NCBI GenBank assembly: GCA_964583795.1
Contig: CAZOWX010000001.1
Coordinates: forward strand, 30,569 to 94,568
Source: an uncultured Pseudomonadales bacterium
Lineage (GTDB): Bacteria; Patescibacteriota; Microgenomatia; UBA1400; PJMF01
Reading direction: 5' to 3'
DNA: 64,000 nucleotides
Position 1 is the first letter of the stretch. Each line of letters begins with the position of its first letter. Under the pieces are notes generated by a model that had not been told where the DNA came from, did not search any database, and saw nothing but the letters and a program-made list of their open reading frames with translations. A program made the translations under genes and the position numbers. Positions 1 to 8,947 of this stretch are shown in pieces.

Positions 1-1
1 C

Positions 2-880
2 AAAACAGCTCACATTGCTATCATTATTCTCCACTACAACGCACCAAAGTTTACGCTCGAGTGTTTACGTTCACTTGAGAATTTGAGTACAAAATATACC
101 CAGTTTAGTGTGATCGTCGTTGATAACTTTTCTCAAGAAATTTTTGCACAACCAAAAACAAGCTATGAACTAAAAGTCCTGCGAACGGATCAGAATCTTG
201 GATTCACTGGCGGAAATAATGTGGGAATTCGATATGCTTTTGAACATCTAAACCCTGATCACATTCTCCTTCTCAATAATGACACTACCGTGTCACCTGA
301 TTTTCTTGACAAGCTGGTTGGGTTTGCACAGACTCATACAAAGGTTGGAGCCATCACTCCAAAAATTTACTTTGAAAAAGGGTGCGAGTTTCACAAATCA
401 CAGTATACACATGATGAACTGGGCAAAGTCATTTGGTTTGCCGGTGGTAGCATTGACTGGCGAAATGTTTACGGCTTTCATCGCGGAGTTGATGAAGTTG
501 ATCGGGGACAATTTGATCTCCCCGTTATAGAGCGCTCGGAAAAGCAGATGCCCTACTATGGCTACCAAACGATGGACTTCGCTTCTGGTTGCTGTGTTTT
601 GATTCCTGCCGCAGTTTTAAAACAAGTTGGTTTGTTCGATGAATCGTATTTTTTATATTGGGAAGATGCTGATTTAAGTATGCGCATTCGCCAAGCTGGT
701 TTTCAGCTGTATTTCTGCCCTCAATCAGTCATTTGGCATAAGAATGCAGGCTCTACTGGTGGATCTGGTTCGAAACTGCAGCAGTATTACCAAAAACGTA
801 ATCGACTGAAGTTTGCACTCAAGTATGCTCCCCTTCGATCAAAACTAGCTGTTCTCAAACAATCCTTGTTAAATAGGTAA
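2..880 (+). CDS. Glycosyltransferase family 2 (5'-partial; the reading frame is open to the window edge)
   Basis: The frame is open from nt 2 (…KTAHIAIIILHYNAPKF…). GT2 hallmarks are VVDNFS, GGNNVGIRYAF, LLLNNDTTV and the C-terminal YWEDADLSMR motif. Confidence 0.8.
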   Translation, partial: KTAHIAIIILHYNAPKFTLECLRSLENLSTKYTQFSVIVVDNFSQEIFAQPKTSYELKVLRTDQNLGFTGGNNVGIRYAFEHLNPDHILLLNNDTTVSPDFLDKLVGFAQTHTKVGAITPKIYFEKGCEFHKSQYTHDELGKVIWFAGGSIDWRNVYGFHRGVDEVDRGQFDLPVIERSEKQMPYYGYQTMDFASGCCVLIPAAVLKQVGLFDESYFLYWEDADLSMRIRQAGFQLYFCPQSVIWHKNAGSTGGSGSKLQQYYQKRNRLKFALKYAPLRSKLAVLKQSLLNR

Positions 881-997
881 CAGAATACCAGATAGTGACT
901 CAAGCACTCAGCAACCAAACGTCACATCAACATTGTTTTGCGTTCCCTCTACATACTGTCACTCCTATGCCATATACTAACGTAAAGTAGTGTTAGA

Positions 998-1834
998 ATG
1001 AAAGATATGGAAAAACTTCCCATCACTGTTGTAGTTCTGACGAAAAATGAAGAACAAATGATAGTGAACTGTATCGAGACAGTACAATGGTGTCAAGAAA
1101 TCGTGGTCATCGATAGTCAATCAACTGACTCAACTGCGGCCCTTGCAAAGAGAGCTGGAGCTATCGTGTACACCACTGATAAAGATTCATTTGCAGAGCG
1201 ACGAAACTATGGCCTTACCAAAGTTCGCACTCCTTGGGTGTTTTATCTTGATGCTGATGAGCGAGTCACTCCAGATCTGATGATGGAAATTAAGTCAGCA
1301 ATACGTGATGGGTCAATCAACGCGTTACGCCTTCATCGACATAATTATCACTATGGGAAAATGATGAACTATGGAGGATGGGAAAAAGATCAGTTAGTCC
1401 GCATTTTTCGCACAGAAGCACTTACTACATGGAGCGGAAAAGTGCACGAGTCCGCCCAATTCTCAGGTCAAGAAAAACTTCTCAAAGCATCACTCGTTCA
1501 TCTCACGCATCGAAATATGGTCGAGGGCTTATACAAAACAATCTCTTGGACACATGATGAGGCACAGCTTTTATTTGAAGCCCATCACCCTCCAGTAACT
1601 CGATTTACTCTGCTTCGAAAAACAATCATGGAGTTTTTACGCCGAGCGTTTTTTTGGCATGGTAAAAAAGATGGCGTAGAAGGATGGATAGAAGCAATGG
1701 TTCAAGCCATGAATAAATTCATCGTGTATGAACAACTTTGGGAGCTACAACAAACCCCATCACTCTACGAAAAATACCAAAAACTAGACGAAGATATAAT
1801 CCGTCAGTGGGAAAACCAAGTCGATCATTCATGA
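998..1834 (+). CDS. Glycosyltransferase family 2
   Basis: N-terminal PITVVVLTKNEE…VVIDSQSTDST…YLDADE is a GT2 Rossmann/DxD arrangement of the LPS-core/WaaE-like type. Confidence 0.75.
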   Translation: MKDMEKLPITVVVLTKNEEQMIVNCIETVQWCQEIVVIDSQSTDSTAALAKRAGAIVYTTDKDSFAERRNYGLTKVRTPWVFYLDADERVTPDLMMEIKSAIRDGSINALRLHRHNYHYGKMMNYGGWEKDQLVRIFRTEALTTWSGKVHESAQFSGQEKLLKASLVHLTHRNMVEGLYKTISWTHDEAQLLFEAHHPPVTRFTLLRKTIMEFLRRAFFWHGKKDGVEGWIEAMVQAMNKFIVYEQLWELQQTPSLYEKYQKLDEDIIRQWENQVDHS

Positions 1835-3894
1835 AAAACAAACGCTTGAATATCTGTATTTACTCTCCATACATGCCCGATCACTTTGGCGGTGGAGAGC
1901 GTTATGTACTGAGTGTCGCTGAGTTTTTGGCAAGAACCCACCACGTAAGTATCGCGCTGTCCACAAACGACTTAACCAAAGAAAAAATTGCCATTATTCG
2001 ACAACGGTATCAAGATTTTTTCCAACTCAACTTGAATCATATTAAATTCATTGCCTCACCGCTTGGTCCAGGTCATTTTGTACAAAAACTACTCTGGACG
2101 AAACAATTTGATGTACTGTATTACTTAACAGATGGCAGTTTATTTTTTTCGCTCGCGAAGCGAAATGTGTTACACATCCAGTTCCCGTTTACTCACCACA
2201 TGAGCGGGTTTCTAAACCGCATAAAGCTGAAAAATTGGAATGTACGCAATACAAACTCACAATTTACAAAAGATGTCATTGAACGCAACTGGAAGACCGC
2301 TATTCAATACGTGCATACTCCATATGTTGATACTCAAATTTTTAGACCAGCACATAAGAAAGAAAAAATTATTCTCAACGTCGGACGATTTTTTAGCCAC
2401 TTACATACTAAGCGGCAAGATATTTTGGTAAAGGCATTTAAAAACTTAACAGAGAAGTATCCTCAACACATGAAAGGGTGGAAGCTGGTACTCATTGGTG
2501 GCGTTGAAGATGAAATTTATGCTAAAAAAATAGCCAATCTAGCAAAAGATTTGCCGATTAAAATCATTCATAATGCTTCTGCTGAAACTCTAAAAAGCTA
2601 CTACTCACTCGCACAAATCTACTGGCATGCTACCGGCTTTGGCGTCGACGAGTTTATTCATCCCATGTTTGTTGAGCACTTTGGCATTTCCACGATCGAA
2701 GCAATGGCGAGTGGAGCTATTCCCATCGTAATAAACAAGGGCGGACAAAAAGAGTTGGTGGAACATGGTGTTAATGGCTTTTTATGGAATGAAATTGAAT
2801 CACTTGAGGAAAGAACCATTGCCTGTATCCGTCAAGAAGTCGATTGCGAAGAGTTACAAGAAAAAGCTCGTAGAAGTGTCCTGCGATACTCTCCATCACA
2901 GTTTTTTTCAACATTAAATGCAATGATTGGCTCAAATCAGCCAATTCCAAGTGACATTTCGGGTGAAGTTTCAGTGATTATTCCCACATTTAATGGTAAA
3001 AAGCTTTTGGAAAAAAATATCTCAAGTATTTTTGAATCAATGCGAACTGGTGACGAACTCGTCATCGTCGATGACGCAAGTAACGATGACACTGTTGACT
3101 GGTTACAATCAGAGTTTTCATTGAGTAAAAATGAAGATCGGGCAGAATTTGACGAGTTTGTTTTTGATGGAACATTTGAGAAAAAAAACAAAAAAATTTT
3201 GATCAAATTAATTCAAAATAAAACGAATCTTCGATTTGCGGCTAGTTGTAACAAAGGCGTTAAACTCAGCACACATGAGCTGGTGTTTGTCGTGAATAAC
3301 GACGTTAAACTGAAATCAAATACGTTAACCACGCTCGTTCCATATTTTTTGAATCACAACGGGCAAGCGCATCAGATATTTGGAATCGGTTGCTTGGAGG
3401 AAGAACGAAAAAAAGGAAAGATAGAGTATTCTGGCAAAAACAGCCTCTGGTTTGAGCGTGGGCTATTTGTTCACTCAAAAGCTTCTGAAATGATTACTGG
3501 AGAGACAGCTTGGGTGAGTGGCGGCAGTGGGTTGTTTAGTAAAGCAAAGTGGCAAGAGCTTCAGGGGTTTGACAGACGTTTTTATCCTGCCTACTGGGAG
3601 GATATTGATCTTTCTGCTCGAGCGAAGGAAAGAGGCTGGCAAGTACTGTTTGATGCTGAGGCTGTAGTCGAACACCATCATGAATCCACAAACCAGACTG
3701 CCTTTGGCCAAGAGAGAATTAACCAGATGTCATTTCAAAATGGAATGTTGTTCATGTGGATACATACAAATTTTGTTCAAAAACTACAATTTTTGGCTTG
3801 GTTGCCATACCACCTCGTTATTACTAATAGGCGCTCTCATGGGGCTTTTTTGCACGGCTTATTAAGGCTTTTATTGAAAAACTCTCAATCATAG
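1831..3894 (+). CDS. Bifunctional glycosyltransferase: N-terminal GT4 (GT-B) domain fused to C-terminal GT2 domain
   Basis: The start was moved to the internal ATG at 1831 (MKNKRLNICIYSPY…), which forms an ATGA overlap with the upstream stop. The N-terminal half has the GT4 EHFGISTIEAMASGAIPIV motif. The C-terminal half has GT2 motifs (VSVIIPTFNG…LVIVDDASNDDT…YWEDIDLSARA). Confidence 0.75.
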   Translation: MKNKRLNICIYSPYMPDHFGGGERYVLSVAEFLARTHHVSIALSTNDLTKEKIAIIRQRYQDFFQLNLNHIKFIASPLGPGHFVQKLLWTKQFDVLYYLTDGSLFFSLAKRNVLHIQFPFTHHMSGFLNRIKLKNWNVRNTNSQFTKDVIERNWKTAIQYVHTPYVDTQIFRPAHKKEKIILNVGRFFSHLHTKRQDILVKAFKNLTEKYPQHMKGWKLVLIGGVEDEIYAKKIANLAKDLPIKIIHNASAETLKSYYSLAQIYWHATGFGVDEFIHPMFVEHFGISTIEAMASGAIPIVINKGGQKELVEHGVNGFLWNEIESLEERTIACIRQEVDCEELQEKARRSVLRYSPSQFFSTLNAMIGSNQPIPSDISGEVSVIIPTFNGKKLLEKNISSIFESMRTGDELVIVDDASNDDTVDWLQSEFSLSKNEDRAEFDEFVFDGTFEKKNKKILIKLIQNKTNLRFAASCNKGVKLSTHELVFVVNNDVKLKSNTLTTLVPYFLNHNGQAHQIFGIGCLEEERKKGKIEYSGKNSLWFERGLFVHSKASEMITGETAWVSGGSGLFSKAKWQELQGFDRRFYPAYWEDIDLSARAKERGWQVLFDAEAVVEHHHESTNQTAFGQERINQMSFQNGMLFMWIHTNFVQKLQFLAWLPYHLVITNRRSHGAFLHGLLRLLLKNSQS

Positions 3895-3935
3895 TACCAG
3901 ATAACACTATAACTTTGGTAAAATAACACTTATCT

Positions 3936-5570
3936 ATGACTCAGCTACTCAAGAGATACTCTTTTGGATTAATGTTTATTGCTATTATCTGTATCGCTAC
4001 TGTGCTTCGCCTCTATAAGCTTGACCAAGTCCCGTCTGGCATGAGCTGGGACGAAGCAGCAATTGGCTACAATGGCTACGCTATCTGGACTGTGCATCGT
4101 GACGAGTGGTTACATTTTATGCCATTTTCGTTTAAATCATTTGGGGATTTCAAGGCTCCGTTTGCTATCTATTTAAACGGAATATTTACAGTACTTTTCG
4201 GACTACAGCTTTGGGTAATACGTCTACCATTCGTAATTGCTGGTGTCGCAAGTATCATCGGAATGGCATGGTTGATTCATCTGTTGTTTCAAGTATTTCC
4301 ATTTCGTCAGGAAAATCAAAAAAACGCTTCTCAACTCACAGTTCTCGGGATTGCTTTCATCATCACGACTTCACCATGGCACATCTTTTTTACTCGGGCA
4401 GGATTTGAATCAGGTATGGCGATGGGCTTTATGATTTGGGGTATGTGTTTCTTTTTGCAAAGTCTCCACACTCAATCAAAACGTTTTTTATTTGTGGGTT
4501 TGAGTGTAATCAGTTTCGTATTGGGCCTGTATACCTATCACAGTGCTAAAATCTTTTTACCAATTTTTTTTGTTGTTCTTTTTGCCTTTTTCTTTCAATC
4601 AATCAAAAAACATTTCGCTGTCTATAGCTTTGGACTCATTTTCGGAATCATATTGCTGACACCACTCGTGTATGACTCGGTGCTTGGTCAGGGTACAGAA
4701 CGGTTTTCTCAAACTTCGTTATTTAGCAATCAAAAGTTGACCTCAACTGAAAAATTGACAACTTTTGTCAGTAACTATGCTCACCAATTTTCACCAGCTT
4801 TTTTGTTTGCTGGAGAAACAACCACACTTCGACATGGAGATGGGCACTGGGGAGTGTTGTTTTTAACCGATGGATTGTTGCTGATAGCGACAACTATCTG
4901 GTTTATTCTCCTTTCTGTATCGAAAAAAGCTGCTCGGTTTTCCTCTCCACTATCCAAAATCTACCTATTGGGAGTTTCATGGTTTTTAATCGGTTTGTTG
5001 CCAGCAGCAATCGGAATGGAAATTCCTCATGCCAACAGAGCATTATTAAGTTACCCAGGTTTTCTGATCATCGAAGCATTGGGAATATTTTTCCTACTGG
5101 AGAAACTTACTGCAAGTAGTAAACCAACAGTAAAACTTGTTGTTCAGGCACTATTAGGAACTGGATTCATGCTTCATGTTTTTTTTGTCGTGTCGTTTAC
5201 TCATGATTACTTTTCCAAATACTCGCTCGACTCAGCTGAGGCTTTTCAGTACGGTTACAAAGAGGTATTTGATTACGTTTTACCTCGCGAATCACAAGTT
5301 GAGAAAGTATTAATCACTTCTAAATATGGCCAACCGTACATTTACACATTGCTGTATCGCCACACCAATGCCATTTTGTATCACGGTGGGGCTCTGAGCA
5401 AATATGAGTACCCCGATACGGTCAATATCGGCGATGTGATTCGTAAAAACGCTATTGTTGTTGCAACCCCTGAAGAACTTGATCCATCTATTGCTGATCA
5501 ACTTATTCTTGCTCCAAGTGGAGAAGTTCGGTTTGTGATTATTAATACGGCAGAGCATCCAAGGCTATGA
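3936..5570 (+). CDS. GT-C membrane glycosyltransferase, PMT_2/ArnT-like (GT39/GT83-type), paralog 1 of the tandem array
   Basis: Polytopic membrane protein. The loop-1 acidic motif WDEAA, FKSFGDFKAPF, RLPFVIAGV and EIPHANRALL are shared with the three downstream paralogs. Confidence 0.75.
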   Translation: MTQLLKRYSFGLMFIAIICIATVLRLYKLDQVPSGMSWDEAAIGYNGYAIWTVHRDEWLHFMPFSFKSFGDFKAPFAIYLNGIFTVLFGLQLWVIRLPFVIAGVASIIGMAWLIHLLFQVFPFRQENQKNASQLTVLGIAFIITTSPWHIFFTRAGFESGMAMGFMIWGMCFFLQSLHTQSKRFLFVGLSVISFVLGLYTYHSAKIFLPIFFVVLFAFFFQSIKKHFAVYSFGLIFGIILLTPLVYDSVLGQGTERFSQTSLFSNQKLTSTEKLTTFVSNYAHQFSPAFLFAGETTTLRHGDGHWGVLFLTDGLLLIATTIWFILLSVSKKAARFSSPLSKIYLLGVSWFLIGLLPAAIGMEIPHANRALLSYPGFLIIEALGIFFLLEKLTASSKPTVKLVVQALLGTGFMLHVFFVVSFTHDYFSKYSLDSAEAFQYGYKEVFDYVLPRESQVEKVLITSKYGQPYIYTLLYRHTNAILYHGGALSKYEYPDTVNIGDVIRKNAIVVATPEELDPSIADQLILAPSGEVRFVIINTAEHPRL

Positions 5571-7255
5571 TATCGAAACTTATGACTCGCCATCACCTCG
5601 TTATTGTTAGTATCTTGTTGATCAGTTTTGCCCTACGGGTCGTCAATCTACAACATCTCCCTCCATCACCATATTGGGAAGAAGTCGCTTTAGGATATGA
5701 CGCGTATAGTATTTTAAAAACTGGAAAAGATCATCATGGTCACCTCTTTCCACTTGTGGCTTTTGAGTCGTTTGGTGACTACAAACCATCAGGATATTTT
5801 TATGCTATTGTGCCCTTTATAGCACTGATTGGTTTGTCGGTATTTGCAGTACGACTCCCATCAACTCTAGCAGGAGTTGCTATTGTCTACTTTAGTGGCG
5901 CGATTGCCAAATTACTGTTTCACTCTGAAATAGCGAAACAAGCGCATTCATGGAAAGCAATTTTACTTTCTCCACAAATACTGACCATGATTGTGACTGC
6001 ATTTTCACCGTGGGCCCTGCAATTTTCTCGGGGAGGGTGGGAAGTTAACTTAGCAACATGTTTTTTGACTATTGGTGTATACAGTGCACTACGAGCAGCG
6101 CAACAACTACAAACCAAAGGGCACTCAACAACTCTGGTGTTTCAATGGTACTTTATTGGCTTTATTTTCTTTATTCTCTCCACGTATACCTATCACTCGA
6201 CTCGGATCATTGCGCCACTCTTGGGGATAGTTACTGCAATCCCACTGCTCAAACAAGCCGCAAAATACAAACTCACCATTGCGGCGCTCCTATTTTTGGG
6301 AATTCTAACAATGCTCCCAATACTGTATCAAATAAAAGATCCAGCGGTCACTCATCGATTACAAGAAACTTCCGCTTTTACTACTCAACAAGAAATTGAT
6401 CAAAGTAATCAACTCATTACCCAATTTGGCTCAACTCGACTGGCAAGAATTGTGTTTCACCGTGACTGGTTTTACCTCAAAACATTTTTATCGAACTACT
6501 TTTCTCACTTTCGTCTCGATTACCTTTTTCTATCTGGAGATAACAATACTCGACATTCAACCCATTTTTTTGGATTATTTTTTCCAACTGACCTGGTTGT
6601 ACTTGCACTTGGAGTTATTGCGATGGTAACGCAATGGAAACACCGTTTTCATTTGTTGTGGATTTGGCTTGGTATCGGGCTCATCCCATCAGCTCTCACC
6701 AAAGATGTGCCACACGCTCTTCGCACCCTGCCAGTGCTGCCGGTATATATGGTAACTCTGGGAATTGGATTTACCTACTTATTTGAACAGCTGGCTAAAC
6801 TTCGTTTCTCAAAACTTCTTTTTGCAGGTATTAGCTTTATCGTTTTGGCTGAAATTATCGTGTATTGGCATTTTCACTTTACAGTATATCCAACCTATTC
6901 TTCCAAAGAATGGCAGTACGGCTATCAACAAATGATTGCGGCCATTAAAAGCAATCAACAAACAAATGAAGCAGTGTTTATTACCACTGAAAAAAAACGG
7001 CCAGCCATGTACTACTGGTTTTTTACTAAAACGGATCCCGTTTTAGTCCAAGCAGAAGAAAATACCGCTCAAAAAGATCAAGGAGAGTTTTTATCATTTC
7101 AAAATATCAAGTTCATTTTTCATTTATCAGGGAGTGAGCAAGGCCTAATTGCCAGCGGACCAGAGCAGCGAAAAAACTTTCCTAACGCTCAAGAGTTAGC
7201 AACCATTACCGATTTACAAGGCCATCCAATTTGGATTGTTTACCGGGCACAATAG
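5567..7255 (+). CDS. GT-C membrane glycosyltransferase, PMT_2/ArnT-like, paralog 2
   Basis: ATGA overlap with paralog 1. Motifs are WEEVALGYDAY, FESFGDYKPSGYFY, RLPSTLAGV and DVPHALRTLPV. Confidence 0.75.
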   Translation: MISKLMTRHHLVIVSILLISFALRVVNLQHLPPSPYWEEVALGYDAYSILKTGKDHHGHLFPLVAFESFGDYKPSGYFYAIVPFIALIGLSVFAVRLPSTLAGVAIVYFSGAIAKLLFHSEIAKQAHSWKAILLSPQILTMIVTAFSPWALQFSRGGWEVNLATCFLTIGVYSALRAAQQLQTKGHSTTLVFQWYFIGFIFFILSTYTYHSTRIIAPLLGIVTAIPLLKQAAKYKLTIAALLFLGILTMLPILYQIKDPAVTHRLQETSAFTTQQEIDQSNQLITQFGSTRLARIVFHRDWFYLKTFLSNYFSHFRLDYLFLSGDNNTRHSTHFFGLFFPTDLVVLALGVIAMVTQWKHRFHLLWIWLGIGLIPSALTKDVPHALRTLPVLPVYMVTLGIGFTYLFEQLAKLRFSKLLFAGISFIVLAEIIVYWHFHFTVYPTYSSKEWQYGYQQMIAAIKSNQQTNEAVFITTEKKRPAMYYWFFTKTDPVLVQAEENTAQKDQGEFLSFQNIKFIFHLSGSEQGLIASGPEQRKNFPNAQELATITDLQGHPIWIVYRAQ

Positions 7256-7267
7256 CAATTACATATC

Positions 7268-8947
7268 ATGTCTCATATTTTTACTCAACATCGATTCACT
7301 CTTTTAGCAGTAGTCATACTCGGATTAAGTTTTGTTTTTCGTTTTTGGCAATTAGGAAATGTGCCAGTTGGTTTGTATTGGGATGAAGTGGCTATGTATG
7401 TTGATGCGAAAACAGTTTCACAATCATTGAAAGATATGCATGGAAATAGCGCTCTACAAGCGATGTTTCCATCATATGGTGATTACAAGTTACCAGTGTA
7501 CATCTGGCTAGCAAGCTTGAGTTTTAAGCTGTTTGGAGCGAGCAACTTTGCGCTGCGATTGCCCAGTGCTATAGCAGGGATACTGCAAGGGTACCTCATC
7601 TTTGTATTGGTTAAAGAACTCTCAAATAAATTCATTTCGAAAGAAAAAAGTCAGTACTTGGGTTTATTGGGTTGGTTTGTTTCAGCAGTTTCACCATGGA
7701 GCGTGTTATTTTCGCGAACTGGATTTGAAGGACACATCGGTCAATTACTCATCTGCGCTTCAGTCTTCAGCTTCGTTTCTTCTAAAAGAAACAGGTTGTG
7801 GCTTATACCAGCTATAGTATTGGGAATCTTGAGCACATACACCTATTATAGTGTCCGGTTCGTTTGGCCCATCGTATTCATAGGGTACTGGTTTTTACTT
7901 CAACCATTTCCCAAAACACTACTGCAATTTGTTAAATCTAGTTTTGTGAGTGTAGCGTTACTTCTTATCTGGGGAATAGGAATCTTACCGCTCTTTTTTT
8001 CTCCTTGGTATCAACCAAGTCAACAATTTCGCCTTAGCACTCCATCGCTGATGGATTTGGGTCCATACAGTATTCGCTCAAACGAGTTTCGCGAAATGAG
8101 TGGCAATGGGCCACTTTCTAGAGTGTTTTATCATCAGCGCGTTTTGCAACTGCGCGATGTGCTCGAGCATTACGCGGATCATTTTGACTTTTCATATCTA
8201 TTTATTTCAGGAGATAAAAATTTACGACATAGTACGGGCTTCGATGGTCTGTTTTTACTCTTTAGCGCACCACTACTCGTAGCTGGAATCTTATATTTGG
8301 TGAAAAACGATGTTCGACTGTTTTTGTTTTTGTTTGGATGGTGGCTGATTGCCTTGTTACCAGCATCTATTCCAATTGAAACGCCTCACGCACTGCGATC
8401 ACTCAACGCCTTAACTCCGATACTTTTGTTAATGAGTTTCGGGGGTATTCCAATTACACAAATTATACAATCAATCCGACCGGCTTCATTTCGTTTTGGG
8501 GCAGTTTTTTTGATTATCCTCATGATAACAGTTCAAGTTACTTGGTTTACGGTTGACTATTTTTTTATTTATCCAGGTAAAAGTGCTCATGACTGGCAGG
8601 AGGGATACCAGACTCTAGCGAAAGTCATAGAAGATAAACATGGTTCATATGACAAAGTTTGGGCAAATCCGTATGATGATCGATTCTTTTTGTGGTATCT
8701 AGCGTACTCCAATATGGACGCGCAGCGGATTCAAAGCATAATGAAAGATACCTTTTTGACAGATCGAATTGACAATATTATTTTTCAAGAGTTTCCCTTT
8801 GATAAATCAAACCCCAGTGTCCGCCCGTTCATGACCATAAAACGCAGTACTGCAGACAACGATGAGAATAATCCATCGACAACGCAGCAAGAGATTTTGG
8901 GGTATGATCACCAACCATTGTTTATCATTCGTTATTATGAACGCTAA
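7268..8947 (+). CDS. GT-C membrane glycosyltransferase, PMT_2/ArnT-like, paralog 3
   Basis: Motifs are WDEVAMYVDAK, FPSYGDYKLPVYIW, RLPSAIAGI and ETPHALRSLNAL. Confidence 0.75.
   Translation: MSHIFTQHRFTLLAVVILGLSFVFRFWQLGNVPVGLYWDEVAMYVDAKTVSQSLKDMHGNSALQAMFPSYGDYKLPVYIWLASLSFKLFGASNFALRLPSAIAGILQGYLIFVLVKELSNKFISKEKSQYLGLLGWFVSAVSPWSVLFSRTGFEGHIGQLLICASVFSFVSSKRNRLWLIPAIVLGILSTYTYYSVRFVWPIVFIGYWFLLQPFPKTLLQFVKSSFVSVALLLIWGIGILPLFFSPWYQPSQQFRLSTPSLMDLGPYSIRSNEFREMSGNGPLSRVFYHQRVLQLRDVLEHYADHFDFSYLFISGDKNLRHSTGFDGLFLLFSAPLLVAGILYLVKNDVRLFLFLFGWWLIALLPASIPIETPHALRSLNALTPILLLMSFGGIPITQIIQSIRPASFRFGAVFLIILMITVQVTWFTVDYFFIYPGKSAHDWQEGYQTLAKVIEDKHGSYDKVWANPYDDRFFLWYLAYSNMDAQRIQSIMKDTFLTDRIDNIIFQEFPFDKSNPSVRPFMTIKRSTADNDENNPSTTQQEILGYDHQPLFIIRYYER

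Noticed and set aside
279-530. Short ORFs nested in alternative frames or on the opposite strand of long confident genes. Examples are 279–530, 2240–2431, 4211–4408, 5920–6117, 9257–9628, 21450–21749, 24059–24414, 45336–45645 and 58706–59046.
   Set aside because: Each lies entirely inside a long ORF with clear family motifs and has no homology signal or RBS. They are typical shadow ORFs of AT-rich sequence.
1738-1830. N-terminal extension of the GT4–GT2 fusion ORF back to 1738.
   Set aside because: It would overlap the preceding GT2 by ~100 nt. The ATG at 1831 gives an ATGA start–stop junction and a typical GT4 N-terminus.
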